A stretch of DNA of 64,000 nucleotides from an uncultured Gemmatimonadales bacterium (GCA_963779755.1 CAVZZO010000001.1:1596845-1660844); one strand, 5' to 3'. Counted from the stretch's first letter, positions 36,250-46,040 are shown. The notes: generated from the sequence alone by a model not told the origin. Translations and numbers: made by a program.

Positions 36250-37358
36250 CTTTCTCTTACATCGGGATACTTCTCCCCCAGCGGGAAGCTGCTTCCTTTC
36301 ATCTCCCCGGCCACCCAGGCGGCGACCCTCTGGCGCGCTTCGGCCGGCACATCCGCATGCCGGTCGGCCTTGCCGCTCACGAACAGCTCGGCGTTGGTCT
36401 GCAGGATATGCGGCGGGTGCATCTCGAAGGCTTCCTGGTGCTCCTGCATGTAACGGAAGCCGCACTTCTCCACCACCCGCGCCAGTTCCGCGTCGGTGAG
36501 CGGCTGCACGCCCAGGAACTGCGCCACCTGGCGCACGACGGCGGGCAGGTCCTTCTTCATGTCTTCGAAGAAGACGAAGAGGACGTTGGACGCAGTTTGC
36601 GATCTGTCCCACCAGCCCTTCACGTGGTCGGTCCAGGTGCCCCACCACATGAGGTCGGGGGAGCAATACCATTCCTCGCAGGCGGCCAGGTCCGGCGCCA
36701 TGGCGCCGGCGTTCGTCGCCACGAAGTCGATGCAGCTGGCGAAACAGCTCACCGGGTGCCGGGCGACATAGATGTAGCGCGCTTCGTCGCTCCAGGGGCA
36801 GATCTGCACCGGCAGATGGGTCTTGATGATGCGGCCGGGGCGTTCGGTGCCCACCGTGGGCGCTTCCTCCACCGGGACGCTCTTCCTCCCCTCGATCCAG
36901 GGCGCTACGGCATAGAGCGCGGTGCCGCTATCGACCAGGTTGCCACGGCCACGGTTCAGCACTTCGTACACCACATGCTGCATCCAGGTGGTGCCGCATT
37001 TCATCTGGGTGACGACGAAGATGTCCTCCGGCTTCGGCAGGTACGCCTCGGCCCGGGCGAAGGTCTCCTCGGTGCAGCTGCCCGTGGGACCCGACACTCC
37101 CTTGTGCTGGATCCGGGTGCGGCGGAAATCCATCCGGGCCAGCCTGCCGTTGAGCCACAGGATGGGCGAGAGGAGCAGCGCGTGGGTCCGCAGCGAGCGT
37201 TTGAAGCGATCGCGCCCGGCGGGGGTCCGGCCATAATAGGCCAGTCCTGCCGTCTGCTCGTCCTCCCATTTGAGCACCCAGGTGAGATAGATCGCTTGCA
37301 GGATGTAGACCCCGAAGATCAGGCCGACGATGCCGAGGATCCACCAGAGGATGGACAT
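36243..37358 (-). CDS. Membrane-anchored PAPS-type sulfotransferase
   Basis: Start at MSILWWILG (N-terminal TM). VVTQMKCGTTWMQ (5'-PSB-like), RIIKTHLP, YIYVARHPVSCFAS (3'-PB-like). Confidence 0.75.
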   Translation of the reverse strand: MSILWWILGIVGLIFGVYILQAIYLTWVLKWEDEQTAGLAYYGRTPAGRDRFKRSLRTHALLLSPILWLNGRLARMDFRRTRIQHKGVSGPTGSCTEETFARAEAYLPKPEDIFVVTQMKCGTTWMQHVVYEVLNRGRGNLVDSGTALYAVAPWIEGRKSVPVEEAPTVGTERPGRIIKTHLPVQICPWSDEARYIYVARHPVSCFASCIDFVATNAGAMAPDLAACEEWYCSPDLMWWGTWTDHVKGWWDRSQTASNVLFVFFEDMKKDLPAVVRQVAQFLGVQPLTDAELARVVEKCGFRYMQEHQEAFEMHPPHILQTNAELFVSGKADRHADVPAEARQRVAAWVAGEMKGSSFPLGEKYPDVRERD

Positions 37359-37466
37359 GGAGGGCGGTGCGCTCGAGTGTTGGGGAGCGGGAAATATAAG
37401 GGAGTAGACATCCCGGCCGAACCGGGATTCTATTTCTCGCTCCTCTTCAGTAGACGGCTCCCACCC

Positions 37467-38729
37467 ATGGAAGACCTCAACCCCTTTCGTATCGCCCAGG
37501 CCCAGTTCGCCCGGGCGGCGCGGTACCTCAAGGCCAGCGAGGGCCTGCTGGACAATCTGGCCAGGCCGGAGCGTACCATCCGGCTGGAGTTTCCCGTCCG
37601 CATGGACGACGGCAGCATCCGGGTGTTTACCGGCTACCGGGTGCAGCACAACAACGCCCGGGGCCCGTTCAAGGGGGGTGTCCGCTACCATCCCGATGTG
37701 TCCGAAGACGAGGTCAAGGCGCTCTCCAGCTGGATGACCTGGAAGACCGCCGTCATGGACATTCCCTTCGGCGGCGCCAAGGGGGGTGTCATCTGCGATC
37801 CCAAGACCCTCTCCACCGATGAGAAGCGGGGGATCACCCGCCGCTTCGTGACCGAACTGGGGCCCAACATCGGCCCCATGATCGACATCCCGGCCCCCGA
37901 CGTCTACACCGATGCGACCACCATGACGTGGATCTTCGATACCTACGACATGGTGCATAAAGGGCAGAACAACCTACCGGTGGTGACGGGGAAACCGCTG
38001 GAGCTGGGCGGCTCGCACGGCCGCTCGACCGCCACGGCCCGGGGCTGCATCTTCTGCGTGGAAGAGGCCATCGGGCGCGGCCTGGTCAACGGGGTCACGG
38101 CGCTGGCCGGGGCGCGGGTTGCGGTGCAGGGGTTCGGCAATGCCGGCTCGTATGCCGCCATCATTGCCCACCAGGCCGGTGCGAAGATCGTCGCCGTCAG
38201 CGATTCCACCGGCGCCGTCGCCGCTCCCGGCGGTCTCGATCCGTCGCGCCTGCTGGAGCACAAGCAGCAGACCGGCAGCGTCACCGGATTTCCGGGCACC
38301 GGCGAGCTGGCGCCGGAAGACCTGTTGCTGGTGGACTGCGATGTGCTCATCCCGGCCGCGCTGGAGAACCAGATCACCGAAGAGAATGCCGAACGGATCC
38401 GGGCGAAGCTGGTGGCGGAGGCCGCCAACGGGCCTACCACGCCGGCCGCCGACCAGATCCTCCACCGCCGCGGCATCCCGGTCGTGCCCGATATCCTGGC
38501 CAACGGCGGGGGGGTCACAGTGTCCTATTACGAGTGGGTGCAGAACATCCAGGACGAGCAATGGGACCAGGATACGGTGGACGCCAAGCTCCGCAAGAAG
38601 ATGGTGAATGCCTTCCACAAGGTGTTCGACATCGCCCGGGAGAAGGAGATCGATCCCCGGACCGCCGCCTACGTGCTGGGTGTGGGACGGGTTGCAAGGG
38701 TGACCGAGATGCGCGGGCTGTGGCCGTAG
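37467..38729 (+). CDS. gdhA: Glutamate dehydrogenase
   Basis: Contains FKGGVRYHP and PFGGAKGGV, followed by a GFGNAG Rossmann fold. Confidence 0.92.
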   Translation: MEDLNPFRIAQAQFARAARYLKASEGLLDNLARPERTIRLEFPVRMDDGSIRVFTGYRVQHNNARGPFKGGVRYHPDVSEDEVKALSSWMTWKTAVMDIPFGGAKGGVICDPKTLSTDEKRGITRRFVTELGPNIGPMIDIPAPDVYTDATTMTWIFDTYDMVHKGQNNLPVVTGKPLELGGSHGRSTATARGCIFCVEEAIGRGLVNGVTALAGARVAVQGFGNAGSYAAIIAHQAGAKIVAVSDSTGAVAAPGGLDPSRLLEHKQQTGSVTGFPGTGELAPEDLLLVDCDVLIPAALENQITEENAERIRAKLVAEAANGPTTPAADQILHRRGIPVVPDILANGGGVTVSYYEWVQNIQDEQWDQDTVDAKLRKKMVNAFHKVFDIAREKEIDPRTAAYVLGVGRVARVTEMRGLWP

Positions 38730-38781
38730 GGGCGAGGCATGGCCGTAGGCCGTAGGGGCGAGGCATGCGCCGCCCCTACGG
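38722..38781. repeat. Direct repeat GGCCGTAGGGGCGAGGCATG x2 followed by hairpin CCGTAGGGGCG-N10-CGCCCCTACGG (gdh terminator region)
   Basis: Repeat copies at 38722-38741 and 38748-38767. 11-bp perfect stem: 38750-38760 with 38771-38781. Confidence 0.7.
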
Positions 38782-38905
38782 CCCCCGCCCCAACGGCCGC
38801 CCGCCGGGCCCCGACCACGGCCCCGGGTCGCGACGGCCCCGACGCGCCCCTGCCGTGCTGTCGTCACGCCCCCTACATTACGAACACCCCCGGCCAGGAC
38901 TCCCC

Positions 38906-40777
38906 ATGCGCCTGCTGCTCATCAATCCCCGGTTTGTCGAAAGCTTCTGGAGTTTCAAATGGGCCATGGATTCGGTCCTGGCCGGCCCCAGGACCGTGAA
39001 CCCGCCCCTGGGGCTGGCGACGCTGGCCGCCCTCTGCCCGCCCGACTGGGAGGTCAGCATCGTCGATGAGAACATCGAGTCGGTGCCGCTGGCGCCGGAG
39101 GCGGACATGATCGGGGTCTGCGGCATGGGGGTGCAGTTTGAGCGCCAGGCGGAACTGCTGCGCTTCTACCGCAATGCGGGATACTACACCGTGGCCGGCG
39201 GCAGCTATGCCTCGCTCTGCCCCGAGGCCTACGAGGCGCTGGCCGATACGGTCGTGGCCGGCGAGGCGGAATACATCTGGCCCCGGTTCTGCCGCGACTA
39301 TGCGGCGGGAACGCCCCAGGCCCGCTACCAGGAGACCGGCACGGTCGACCTCACCGACTCCCCGGTGCCGCGGTTCGACCTGCTCCGGCGCGACAAGTAC
39401 CAGGCCATGAGCCTGCAGTTCAGCCGGGGTTGCCCTTTCCGGTGCGAGTTCTGCGACATCATCGTCATGTTCGGGCGGAAGCCCCGCACCAAGACCATGG
39501 CGCAAGTGGGCCGCGAGCTGGATGCGCTGCGCGCGCTGGGCGTCCACAACGCCTTCTTCGTGGACGACAACCTCATCGGTAACAAACGGGTGGCCAAGGA
39601 GTTTCTCGCCTTCCTGCGCGATTACCAGCGGGAGCACAACTACCGCTTCCATCTGGGCACCGAGGCGTCGCTCAACCTGGCCCAGGACCAGGAGCTGCTC
39701 GAGCTCTTCCCCGCCGCGGGCATGGAATGGGTCTTCATCGGCATCGAATCGCCCGACGAAGATACCCTCAAGGAAGCCCAGAAGATGCAGAACACGCGGC
39801 AGGACATCATGACGTCGCTACGCACGGTCTACCGGCAGGGCATCGATATCCTGGCCGGCTTCATCGTCGGCTTCGACCACGATACGCCGGAGACCTTCGC
39901 GCGGCAGGAACGCTTCATCCTGCAGTCCGGGATCCAGTCCTCCATGGTGGGGCTCCTGACGGCGGCTCCCAAGACGCCGCTCTACACCCGGCTTGCCGCC
40001 GAAGGGCGGATCATCCACCAGGCCAACGACGCCGACAACACCAAACTGGGGACCAACGTCCTGCCCAAGGGCATGACCTATGACGAACTGGTCTCGGGCT
40101 ACCGCGGCCTGATGCAGCGGCTCTTTGCCGACCGGGGCATCGCCCTGCGCATCCGCAACAAGCTGCGTTACCTGGCGCCGGTCCGTGCGCCCTCCCGTTA
40201 CTCGGCCCGGGAATCGCTCGCCATTCTGCGGCGCCTGCTGGTGCGCGGCATTCTGCCGGGTGGTCCCCTCCGGCTCGCCCGCTTTCTGCGCTCCATGCCC
40301 TGGGCCCGCCCCTCCCTGATCCCGCTGGCGGTGACGGACTGGATCGTGGGGCTCTCCATGCGCGACTATGTCGACCGCCATTTCCTGCCCGCCACCGAGG
40401 CGGGCCGGCAGCGGGTTCGCGGCTGGCTCCACCGGCTGGAGAAGGCGTTGCAGCGCTACCGCGAGGCGGGCGCGCTGGAGCTGTCGCTCTCGGAAGTGAA
40501 GAATGCCGCCACCGATCTGTCCCTGCGGCTCCGGGGGAAACTCGACCGCGGGTTCTTTACCCGGGCGGGGCGCCATCTGGAGGGGATGCTGCGGGAGACC
40601 CGCTCGGGGGTCACGCTGCGGATCGAAGAGCTGCAGGACGCCCAGATCGCCAACTTCCAGCGCCTGCTGCGCCGTCTCTCGCGCTACGGCGACCGGGTCC
40701 GGATCGTGCTCGACGAACACCTGCGCGACCGGGTGCAGGTCAACTCGTCGGTGTTTCTGCTGTCGTTCGAAGGCTAG
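38906..40777 (+). CDS. B12-binding-domain radical SAM protein with long helical C-terminal extension
   Basis: Start at MRLLLINPRF. N-terminal B12-binding-like region. CPFRCEFCD (CxxxCxxC). Confidence 0.85.
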   Translation: MRLLLINPRFVESFWSFKWAMDSVLAGPRTVNPPLGLATLAALCPPDWEVSIVDENIESVPLAPEADMIGVCGMGVQFERQAELLRFYRNAGYYTVAGGSYASLCPEAYEALADTVVAGEAEYIWPRFCRDYAAGTPQARYQETGTVDLTDSPVPRFDLLRRDKYQAMSLQFSRGCPFRCEFCDIIVMFGRKPRTKTMAQVGRELDALRALGVHNAFFVDDNLIGNKRVAKEFLAFLRDYQREHNYRFHLGTEASLNLAQDQELLELFPAAGMEWVFIGIESPDEDTLKEAQKMQNTRQDIMTSLRTVYRQGIDILAGFIVGFDHDTPETFARQERFILQSGIQSSMVGLLTAAPKTPLYTRLAAEGRIIHQANDADNTKLGTNVLPKGMTYDELVSGYRGLMQRLFADRGIALRIRNKLRYLAPVRAPSRYSARESLAILRRLLVRGILPGGPLRLARFLRSMPWARPSLIPLAVTDWIVGLSMRDYVDRHFLPATEAGRQRVRGWLHRLEKALQRYREAGALELSLSEVKNAATDLSLRLRGKLDRGFFTRAGRHLEGMLRETRSGVTLRIEELQDAQIANFQRLLRRLSRYGDRVRIVLDEHLRDRVQVNSSVFLLSFEG

Positions 40778-40782
40778 GACAA

Positions 40783-40838
40783 GGCGGCAGGGCGGCAGGT
40801 TGGCCCCTGCCGGACTGCAGTCAGGCTGGGCTGCCGCC
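40783..40838. terminator. Octamer-built hairpin GGCGGCAG x2 ... CTGCCGCC between convergent genes
   Basis: 8-bp perfect pairing with an inner CAGG/CCTG pairing. Right side continues as GTACCGCC GTACCGAC. Confidence 0.35.
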
Positions 40839-40856
40839 GTACCGCCGTACCGACGC

Positions 40857-42692
40857 CTATCCCGCTCGCTCCCGCTCGGCCTGGGCCGCCGGCAGCTCGA
40901 TCCAGAAGCGGCTGCCGCCCGCCGGATTGTCCTCGAACCCTGCCGCGCCCCCCATGCGCTCGACCCCCTTGCGCACGATGGCGAGCCCGATGCCCGTGCC
41001 GGGGTATTCTTCCCCATGCAGCCGCTCGAAGACCCGGAAGATCTGCTCCCGATACTGCGGCGCAATGCCGATGCCGTTGTCTTCGATCCAGAGCCGTACC
41101 CGGCTGCCCTCCGCCTCGCTCCATACCCGGATCCGCGGCCGGCGGCCGGGAGCGACGAACTTCACGGCGTTGGAGAGCAGATTCTGCACCACGTGGAGCA
41201 GCGTCGTTTCGTGCGCCAGCACCGGGCCGCCGGCCAGGTCGATCTCCACCTGCGCCTCGCGCTCGTGCAGCTCGGTCCCCAGCTGGTCGAGGGCGGTCTG
41301 GACCAGCGGTGCCGGATCCAGCGGTTGCAGGCGGAGGTCGGAGCGGGCCACCCGGCTGTAGGACAGCAGGTCGCGAATCAGCTGGTCCATTCGCCGGGCC
41401 GCCTCGCTCACCCGGGACGCGTAGCGGCGCCCGGTGTCGTCCAGCCGCTCGCCATAGTCCTCCAGCAGCGCCTGGCTGAACCCCTCCATGGCGCGGAGCG
41501 GCGCGCGCAGGTCGTGGGAAATGGAATAGGCGAACGCCTCCAGTTCCTCGTTCCGTTCCTGCAGCTCGGTCGTGCGGTCCCGCACCCGCTCTTCCAGGCG
41601 CTCGGTCGCGCCGCGCACCTGGCGTACCATCTCGCCGAAGGAGCTCGCCAGCCGCCCCAGCTCGTCGTTCCGTACCTCCAGCGCGATCGGCTGGGCGTAG
41701 TTGCCGGCGGCGATCGCTTCGGCCGAGGCGGCGAGGTGCGACAGCGGGACGGTGATCCGCCGGCTCAGGAACCAGCTCAGCACCAGCCCCACCAGGAGGA
41801 TCCCGAGGCCGATGAGCAGCCCATAGCGCAGAAACTCGTGTGCCGGGCCGCTCACGGCCGACTGGGGAAACTCGACCAGGGCCGTCCAAGGGGTGCCCGG
41901 AACCGACCGGGCGTAGGCCAGCACCGGCCCGGAGCCGGCACGCTCGTAGTACTGAATGCCGTTGGCCTGGGCGAGATTCACCGGTGGCGCCGGCACCCGC
42001 TCCCACAGGTCCGTCCAGGTGCCCTGGCCCACCACGCCGATATAGAGCCGGGCGCCGGGTCCGATCAGCTTGTTGGTGGTTTCCCGGCTCTTCGGCGACT
42101 GGGCAATGCGCCACCACTCCACCAAGTAGCCCCGGATCCGCCGGCTGCTGATGATCGGGGCCGCGATGGCGAACACCACCGAGTCGCCCTCGGAATCGAA
42201 CGGCCCCATCACCATGCTGTCGGACCGGGTCAGCCGCCCCACCAGCTCGTCGGTCGCCTCGCCCCAGCGAGCCGTATCGCCCAGGGCCGCCAGACGCCGG
42301 CGCCGGGCGTCGAGCACCTGCACCTGGGCCAGCTGCTCGTTCTCACCCAGCCGGTCCCGCAGCATCCCGAGCACGTCCTCCCGGCCTTCGGGCGTCGGCA
42401 GCAGGACGAATTCCCGGATCTGGGCGGTATCAGCCATGCCGGTGATGTGGGTGGCAAGCCGGTCGCGGGACTGATGGAGCAGCTCCGCCAGCTGGTTGGT
42501 GGCGTTGGTGAGGCGGCCCTCGGCGGCCTGCCGGGCCGAGTGCTTGACGGTGCGATAGGCGGCCCAGGAGTAGCTGGCAATCACCACTGCCAGCAGGCCG
42601 CCGATGAGTAACGGCAGCTTGACCGCGATGGAGACTCCGTGCCTGGAGAGCCGTCCTTCGCCGGAGGGGGGGCGGCGTGATGGATCGGTCAT
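40857..42692 (-). CDS. Sensor histidine kinase (two TM, periplasmic domain, HAMP, HisKA, HATPase_c), orphan
   Basis: Start at MTDPSRR. H-box SHDLRAPLRAM, N-box LLSNAVKF, G-box GTGIGLAIV. Confidence 0.9.
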   Translation of the reverse strand: MTDPSRRPPSGEGRLSRHGVSIAVKLPLLIGGLLAVVIASYSWAAYRTVKHSARQAAEGRLTNATNQLAELLHQSRDRLATHITGMADTAQIREFVLLPTPEGREDVLGMLRDRLGENEQLAQVQVLDARRRRLAALGDTARWGEATDELVGRLTRSDSMVMGPFDSEGDSVVFAIAAPIISSRRIRGYLVEWWRIAQSPKSRETTNKLIGPGARLYIGVVGQGTWTDLWERVPAPPVNLAQANGIQYYERAGSGPVLAYARSVPGTPWTALVEFPQSAVSGPAHEFLRYGLLIGLGILLVGLVLSWFLSRRITVPLSHLAASAEAIAAGNYAQPIALEVRNDELGRLASSFGEMVRQVRGATERLEERVRDRTTELQERNEELEAFAYSISHDLRAPLRAMEGFSQALLEDYGERLDDTGRRYASRVSEAARRMDQLIRDLLSYSRVARSDLRLQPLDPAPLVQTALDQLGTELHEREAQVEIDLAGGPVLAHETTLLHVVQNLLSNAVKFVAPGRRPRIRVWSEAEGSRVRLWIEDNGIGIAPQYREQIFRVFERLHGEEYPGTGIGLAIVRKGVERMGGAAGFEDNPAGGSRFWIELPAAQAERERAG

Positions 42693-42696
42693 GAGA

Positions 42697-42882
42697 TTAT
42701 CCGCGAGCGGCCTCTGGCAACCTAGTGCCGCCCGCGGCGAGGCTGCAAGACGGCCGCCGCTCAGCCGGGTTCCTATTCCTCGTGTGCCAGCAGTCCCGCC
42801 GGCGGCTGGTGCACGGCCCGCCATCCCGGTAGCAGCACCCCGCAAGGGTCACCGCGAGCAAGACGGAGAAGGGGCGCTGCAT
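42697..42882 (-). CDS. Candidate small Cys-rich lipoprotein (61 aa) immediately upstream of the histidine kinase
   Basis: MQRPFSVLLAVTLAGC carries a canonical lipobox. GGAG lies 6 nt before the ATG. The stop is 4 nt from the kinase ATG. The second half has atypical codons (AGG, AAT), so this call is uncertain. Confidence 0.35.
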   Translation of the reverse strand: MQRPFSVLLAVTLAGCCYRDGGPCTSRRRDCWHTRNRNPAERRPSCSLAAGGTRLPEAARG

Positions 42883-42883
42883 G

Positions 42884-42911
42884 CCTGACTCCTGATTCCT
42901 GATTCCTCTCC
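42884..42911. repeat. Tandem heptamers CCTGACT, CCTGATT x2, CCTCTCC
   Basis: Read directly from the sequence, in the divergent region between 42882 (minus) and 42927 (plus). Confidence 0.9.
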
Positions 42912-42926
42912 AGTATACTTCCCCCC

Positions 42927-44999
42927 ATGCCTTCCCACCTCCTGAACCAGTTCCTGCCCACCGCCGGCGATCCGCTGGACCAGCTCGTCGCTCTCTCCAA
43001 CCTGGTAGGGCAGGATGTCCGGCTGGTGCAGCCCGGCGGCGGCAACAGTTCGGTCAAGCTCCGGGTGCAGGATGCGCTGGGGCGCGAAACCGACGCGCTT
43101 CTGGTGAAAGGCAGCGGCACCGACCTGCGGACCATCGGGCGCGCCGGGTTCTGCCGGCTTTCCCTGGACGCGCTGGCCGGCCTGCAGTCGCAGGACCAGA
43201 TGAGCGACGCCGAGATGATGCGCTTCATGGCCGCCTGCATGCTCCACCGCGACGATCCGGTCCCCAGCGTGGAAACGCCGCTCCATTCCCTCCTGCCGCA
43301 CCGGGTGATCATCCACACCCACGATGTCGCCACCATGAGCCTGACCAACCTCGCGGACCCGGTGGCCGAGCGGGTGGTGGCCGAGGCCTTCGAGGGCCGG
43401 ATAGCATATGTGCCCTATGCCCGCCCCGGGTTTCCGCTGGCACGGCTGGTGGCTGGCATCCGCGACCGCATTCCGGCCGGCGCGATCGGCTGCACCCTGG
43501 CCCACCACGGTCTGGTCGTCTGGGGCGAGGACGCGGCGGCCTGTCTGGAGCGGATCCGTTCGGTGATGCTACAGGCCGAGGCCTATCTTGCGGCCCGCCG
43601 GCGCGGGGCGCTGCTGGGGAGTGCTCGTGCCCCTGTGCCGCCCCCCGACGAGCGCCGCCGCCGCGCCGAGCTGGTCCTCCCGGTTATTCGCGGGGCACTG
43701 AGCGCGGTCCATCCCGTGATTCTGCATCTGGATGAAGGCGAGGATATCGCCGCCCGGCTGGCAATGAGTCGCATGCCCGAGCTGGCCGGCCGCGGGATGG
43801 CGACGCCGGAGCATGTGCTGCGGGCCGGCCGCCTGCCGGTCTGGCTGGAGTTGGACTGGTCGCGGTCCGAAGAGGACATCGAGCGCGCGGCCCGCGAGGG
43901 CATGGCGCAGGCCGCCACCGAGTACCTTGCCTACCACAATCGGCATGCCGCCGGCGAAGCGCCGCTGGACGACTGGGCCAAGGTGGTGCTGGTGCCCGGC
44001 ATCGGCATGGTCACGGCCTTCCGCGATAAGACCAGCGCCATCACCGCCAATCTGTGCTATCGCGCCGTGCTCGAGTCCATCGAGAACGCCGAAGCGGTGG
44101 ATGCCTTTCGGTTCCTCTCCGAGGCCGACGTCTTCGAGGTGGAGCACTGGCCCCTGGAGCGGCGCAAGGTGGAGGAGGCCATCGCGAAGGAACTGGCCAC
44201 GAAGCTGCTGCCGCGCCGGGTGGTGGCGGTCATCGGCGGGGGCAGCGGCATCGGCCAGGCGGCGGCGCTGCGCTTCGCCGAGGCCGGGGCCCACGTGGTG
44301 GTGGGCGACCTCGATGCGGTGGCCGCCGAGCAGGTGGCGGCGGAGATCACCAGCCGGTTCCCGCACCGGGCAGTGGGCCTGCCGCTGGACGTGCGGGACG
44401 ACGATTCCATCGCCGCGCTTCTGCGCCGGGCGGTGCTGGAGTACGGCGGTCTCGATTGTCTGTTCTATACCGCGGGCCTGGCGCCCCGCATTGCCCCGGT
44501 CACCAGCCTCACCCGCGCCGATCTGCTGGAGCAGCTCGCGGTGCACTACCTGGGTGCCGTCGTTGCCATCGGCGCCGCCGGCCGGATCCTCCAGCGGCAG
44601 GGCCGCGGCGGATCCATCGTTGCCTCGGTCAGCAAGGCCGCCGTCTCGCCGGGGAAGAACGCGCTGGGCTACGGCGGCAGCAAGGCGGCCCTGCTGCATG
44701 CGCTGCGGGTGGCGGCGGTAGAGTTGGGGGCGCACGGCATCCGGGTGAACGCGGTGAATGCCGACCAGGTCGACACGCCGCTCTTCCGCCGATTCGTGAG
44801 CGAGCGCGCCCGGCTGCGCGGCGTGAGCGTGGAGGAACAGCTGGAGTCCTACCGCAGGCGGAACCTGATGGGCGTGTCGCTCATTCCCCCCGACGCCGTG
44901 GCCGATCTGGCGGTGCTCCTCGCGAGCGACCGGTTCCGGTATACCACCGGGGATTTTCTGACCGTGGACGGGGGGCTGCCGGATGCATTCCCGCGCTGA
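42927..44999 (+). CDS. Bifunctional class II aldolase/adducin-domain plus short-chain dehydrogenase protein (rhamnulose-1-phosphate aldolase/alcohol dehydrogenase-like)
   Basis: About 690 aa. N-terminal aldolase-II-like half. C-terminal SDR (VIGGGSGIGQA, YGGSKAA). Confidence 0.8.
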   Translation: MPSHLLNQFLPTAGDPLDQLVALSNLVGQDVRLVQPGGGNSSVKLRVQDALGRETDALLVKGSGTDLRTIGRAGFCRLSLDALAGLQSQDQMSDAEMMRFMAACMLHRDDPVPSVETPLHSLLPHRVIIHTHDVATMSLTNLADPVAERVVAEAFEGRIAYVPYARPGFPLARLVAGIRDRIPAGAIGCTLAHHGLVVWGEDAAACLERIRSVMLQAEAYLAARRRGALLGSARAPVPPPDERRRRAELVLPVIRGALSAVHPVILHLDEGEDIAARLAMSRMPELAGRGMATPEHVLRAGRLPVWLELDWSRSEEDIERAAREGMAQAATEYLAYHNRHAAGEAPLDDWAKVVLVPGIGMVTAFRDKTSAITANLCYRAVLESIENAEAVDAFRFLSEADVFEVEHWPLERRKVEEAIAKELATKLLPRRVVAVIGGGSGIGQAAALRFAEAGAHVVVGDLDAVAAEQVAAEITSRFPHRAVGLPLDVRDDDSIAALLRRAVLEYGGLDCLFYTAGLAPRIAPVTSLTRADLLEQLAVHYLGAVVAIGAAGRILQRQGRGGSIVASVSKAAVSPGKNALGYGGSKAALLHALRVAAVELGAHGIRVNAVNADQVDTPLFRRFVSERARLRGVSVEEQLESYRRRNLMGVSLIPPDAVADLAVLLASDRFRYTTGDFLTVDGGLPDAFPR

Positions 45000-45038
45000 C
45001 GGGTGGAACTGTTTCCGCTTCCTGCACCAGAGGTCGCG

Positions 45039-46040
45039 ATGAAAACTCTCGCCGTGCTGTCCCTCGGTATGCTCGTCGCCGCGCCGGCGCGGGCTCAGCA
45101 GCCCTCTTACCGTGTTGCCCGCACCGTCGCCCTCGGCGGCGAGGCGCGCTGGGACTACCTCACCGCCGATCCCGGGCGCCACCGGGTGTTCGTCTCCCAC
45201 GGCACCGAGGTGATCGTGGTCGGCGCCGATACCGGCGAGGTGCAGGGGCGGATCGCCGACACGCCGGGGGTGCACGGGGTTGCCCTGGCGCCGGCGCTGG
45301 GCCGCGGCTTCACCAGCAATGGGCGCGACTCCAGCGTGACCATCTTCGACTACGGCTCGCTGGCGCCGCTGCAGCGCGTGACCGTTACCGGCCGCAATCC
45401 GGACGCCATCGTCTATGACCCGGTTTCGGGGAGGGTCTTCACCATGAACGGCGGCAGCGGCAACGCCACCGCCCTCGATGCGGCCACGGGCAAGGTGGTG
45501 GGGACGGTGCAGCTCGGCGGCAAGCCCGAGTTCGCGGTGGCCGACGGCCGGGGCCGGATCTTCGTGAACCTGGAAGACCGTGGCGCCCTGGTCTCCTTCG
45601 ATACCCGCACCCTCGAGCCGGGGCCGACCTGGCCCCTCGGCAGCTGCGAGGAGCCGACCGGCCTGGCGCTGGATCCGCGCCGCCGCCGGCTCTTCAGCGT
45701 CTGCGGGAACCGCATCATGGTCGTGGTGGACGCCGATAGCGGCACCGTGCTGGGCACGGCCCCGATCGGGGCCGGCTCCGACGGGGCCCGCTTCGATTCC
45801 GGGACCGATCTCGCCATCAGCAGCAATGGAGAAGGCAGCCTCACGCTGGTCGACGGCCGCGGGCCCGATTTCTCCGTAGTGCAGACCGTGACCACCGCGC
45901 GCGGCGCCCGCACCCTGGCGCTGGACCAGGCCACACACGTCATCTACACCGCCACCGCGCAATACCCCGCCGCCGACAACACCGGCGGCCACCCCCGCCC
46001 GCTGCCGGGGACCTTCTCGCTGCTGATCGTGCGGCCTTAG
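45039..46040 (+). CDS. Secreted YncE/YVTN-type seven-bladed beta-propeller protein
   Basis: Signal peptide from MKTLAVLSLG. Repeated D...GRVFV/N.G...V..D blades. Confidence 0.7.
   Translation: MKTLAVLSLGMLVAAPARAQQPSYRVARTVALGGEARWDYLTADPGRHRVFVSHGTEVIVVGADTGEVQGRIADTPGVHGVALAPALGRGFTSNGRDSSVTIFDYGSLAPLQRVTVTGRNPDAIVYDPVSGRVFTMNGGSGNATALDAATGKVVGTVQLGGKPEFAVADGRGRIFVNLEDRGALVSFDTRTLEPGPTWPLGSCEEPTGLALDPRRRRLFSVCGNRIMVVVDADSGTVLGTAPIGAGSDGARFDSGTDLAISSNGEGSLTLVDGRGPDFSVVQTVTTARGARTLALDQATHVIYTATAQYPAADNTGGHPRPLPGTFSLLIVRP

Noticed and set aside
36357-37466. 5' extension of the gdh ORF (790-aa version)
   Set aside because: It is antisense to the sulfotransferase gene. The conserved GDH sequence starts at MEDLNPF (37467).
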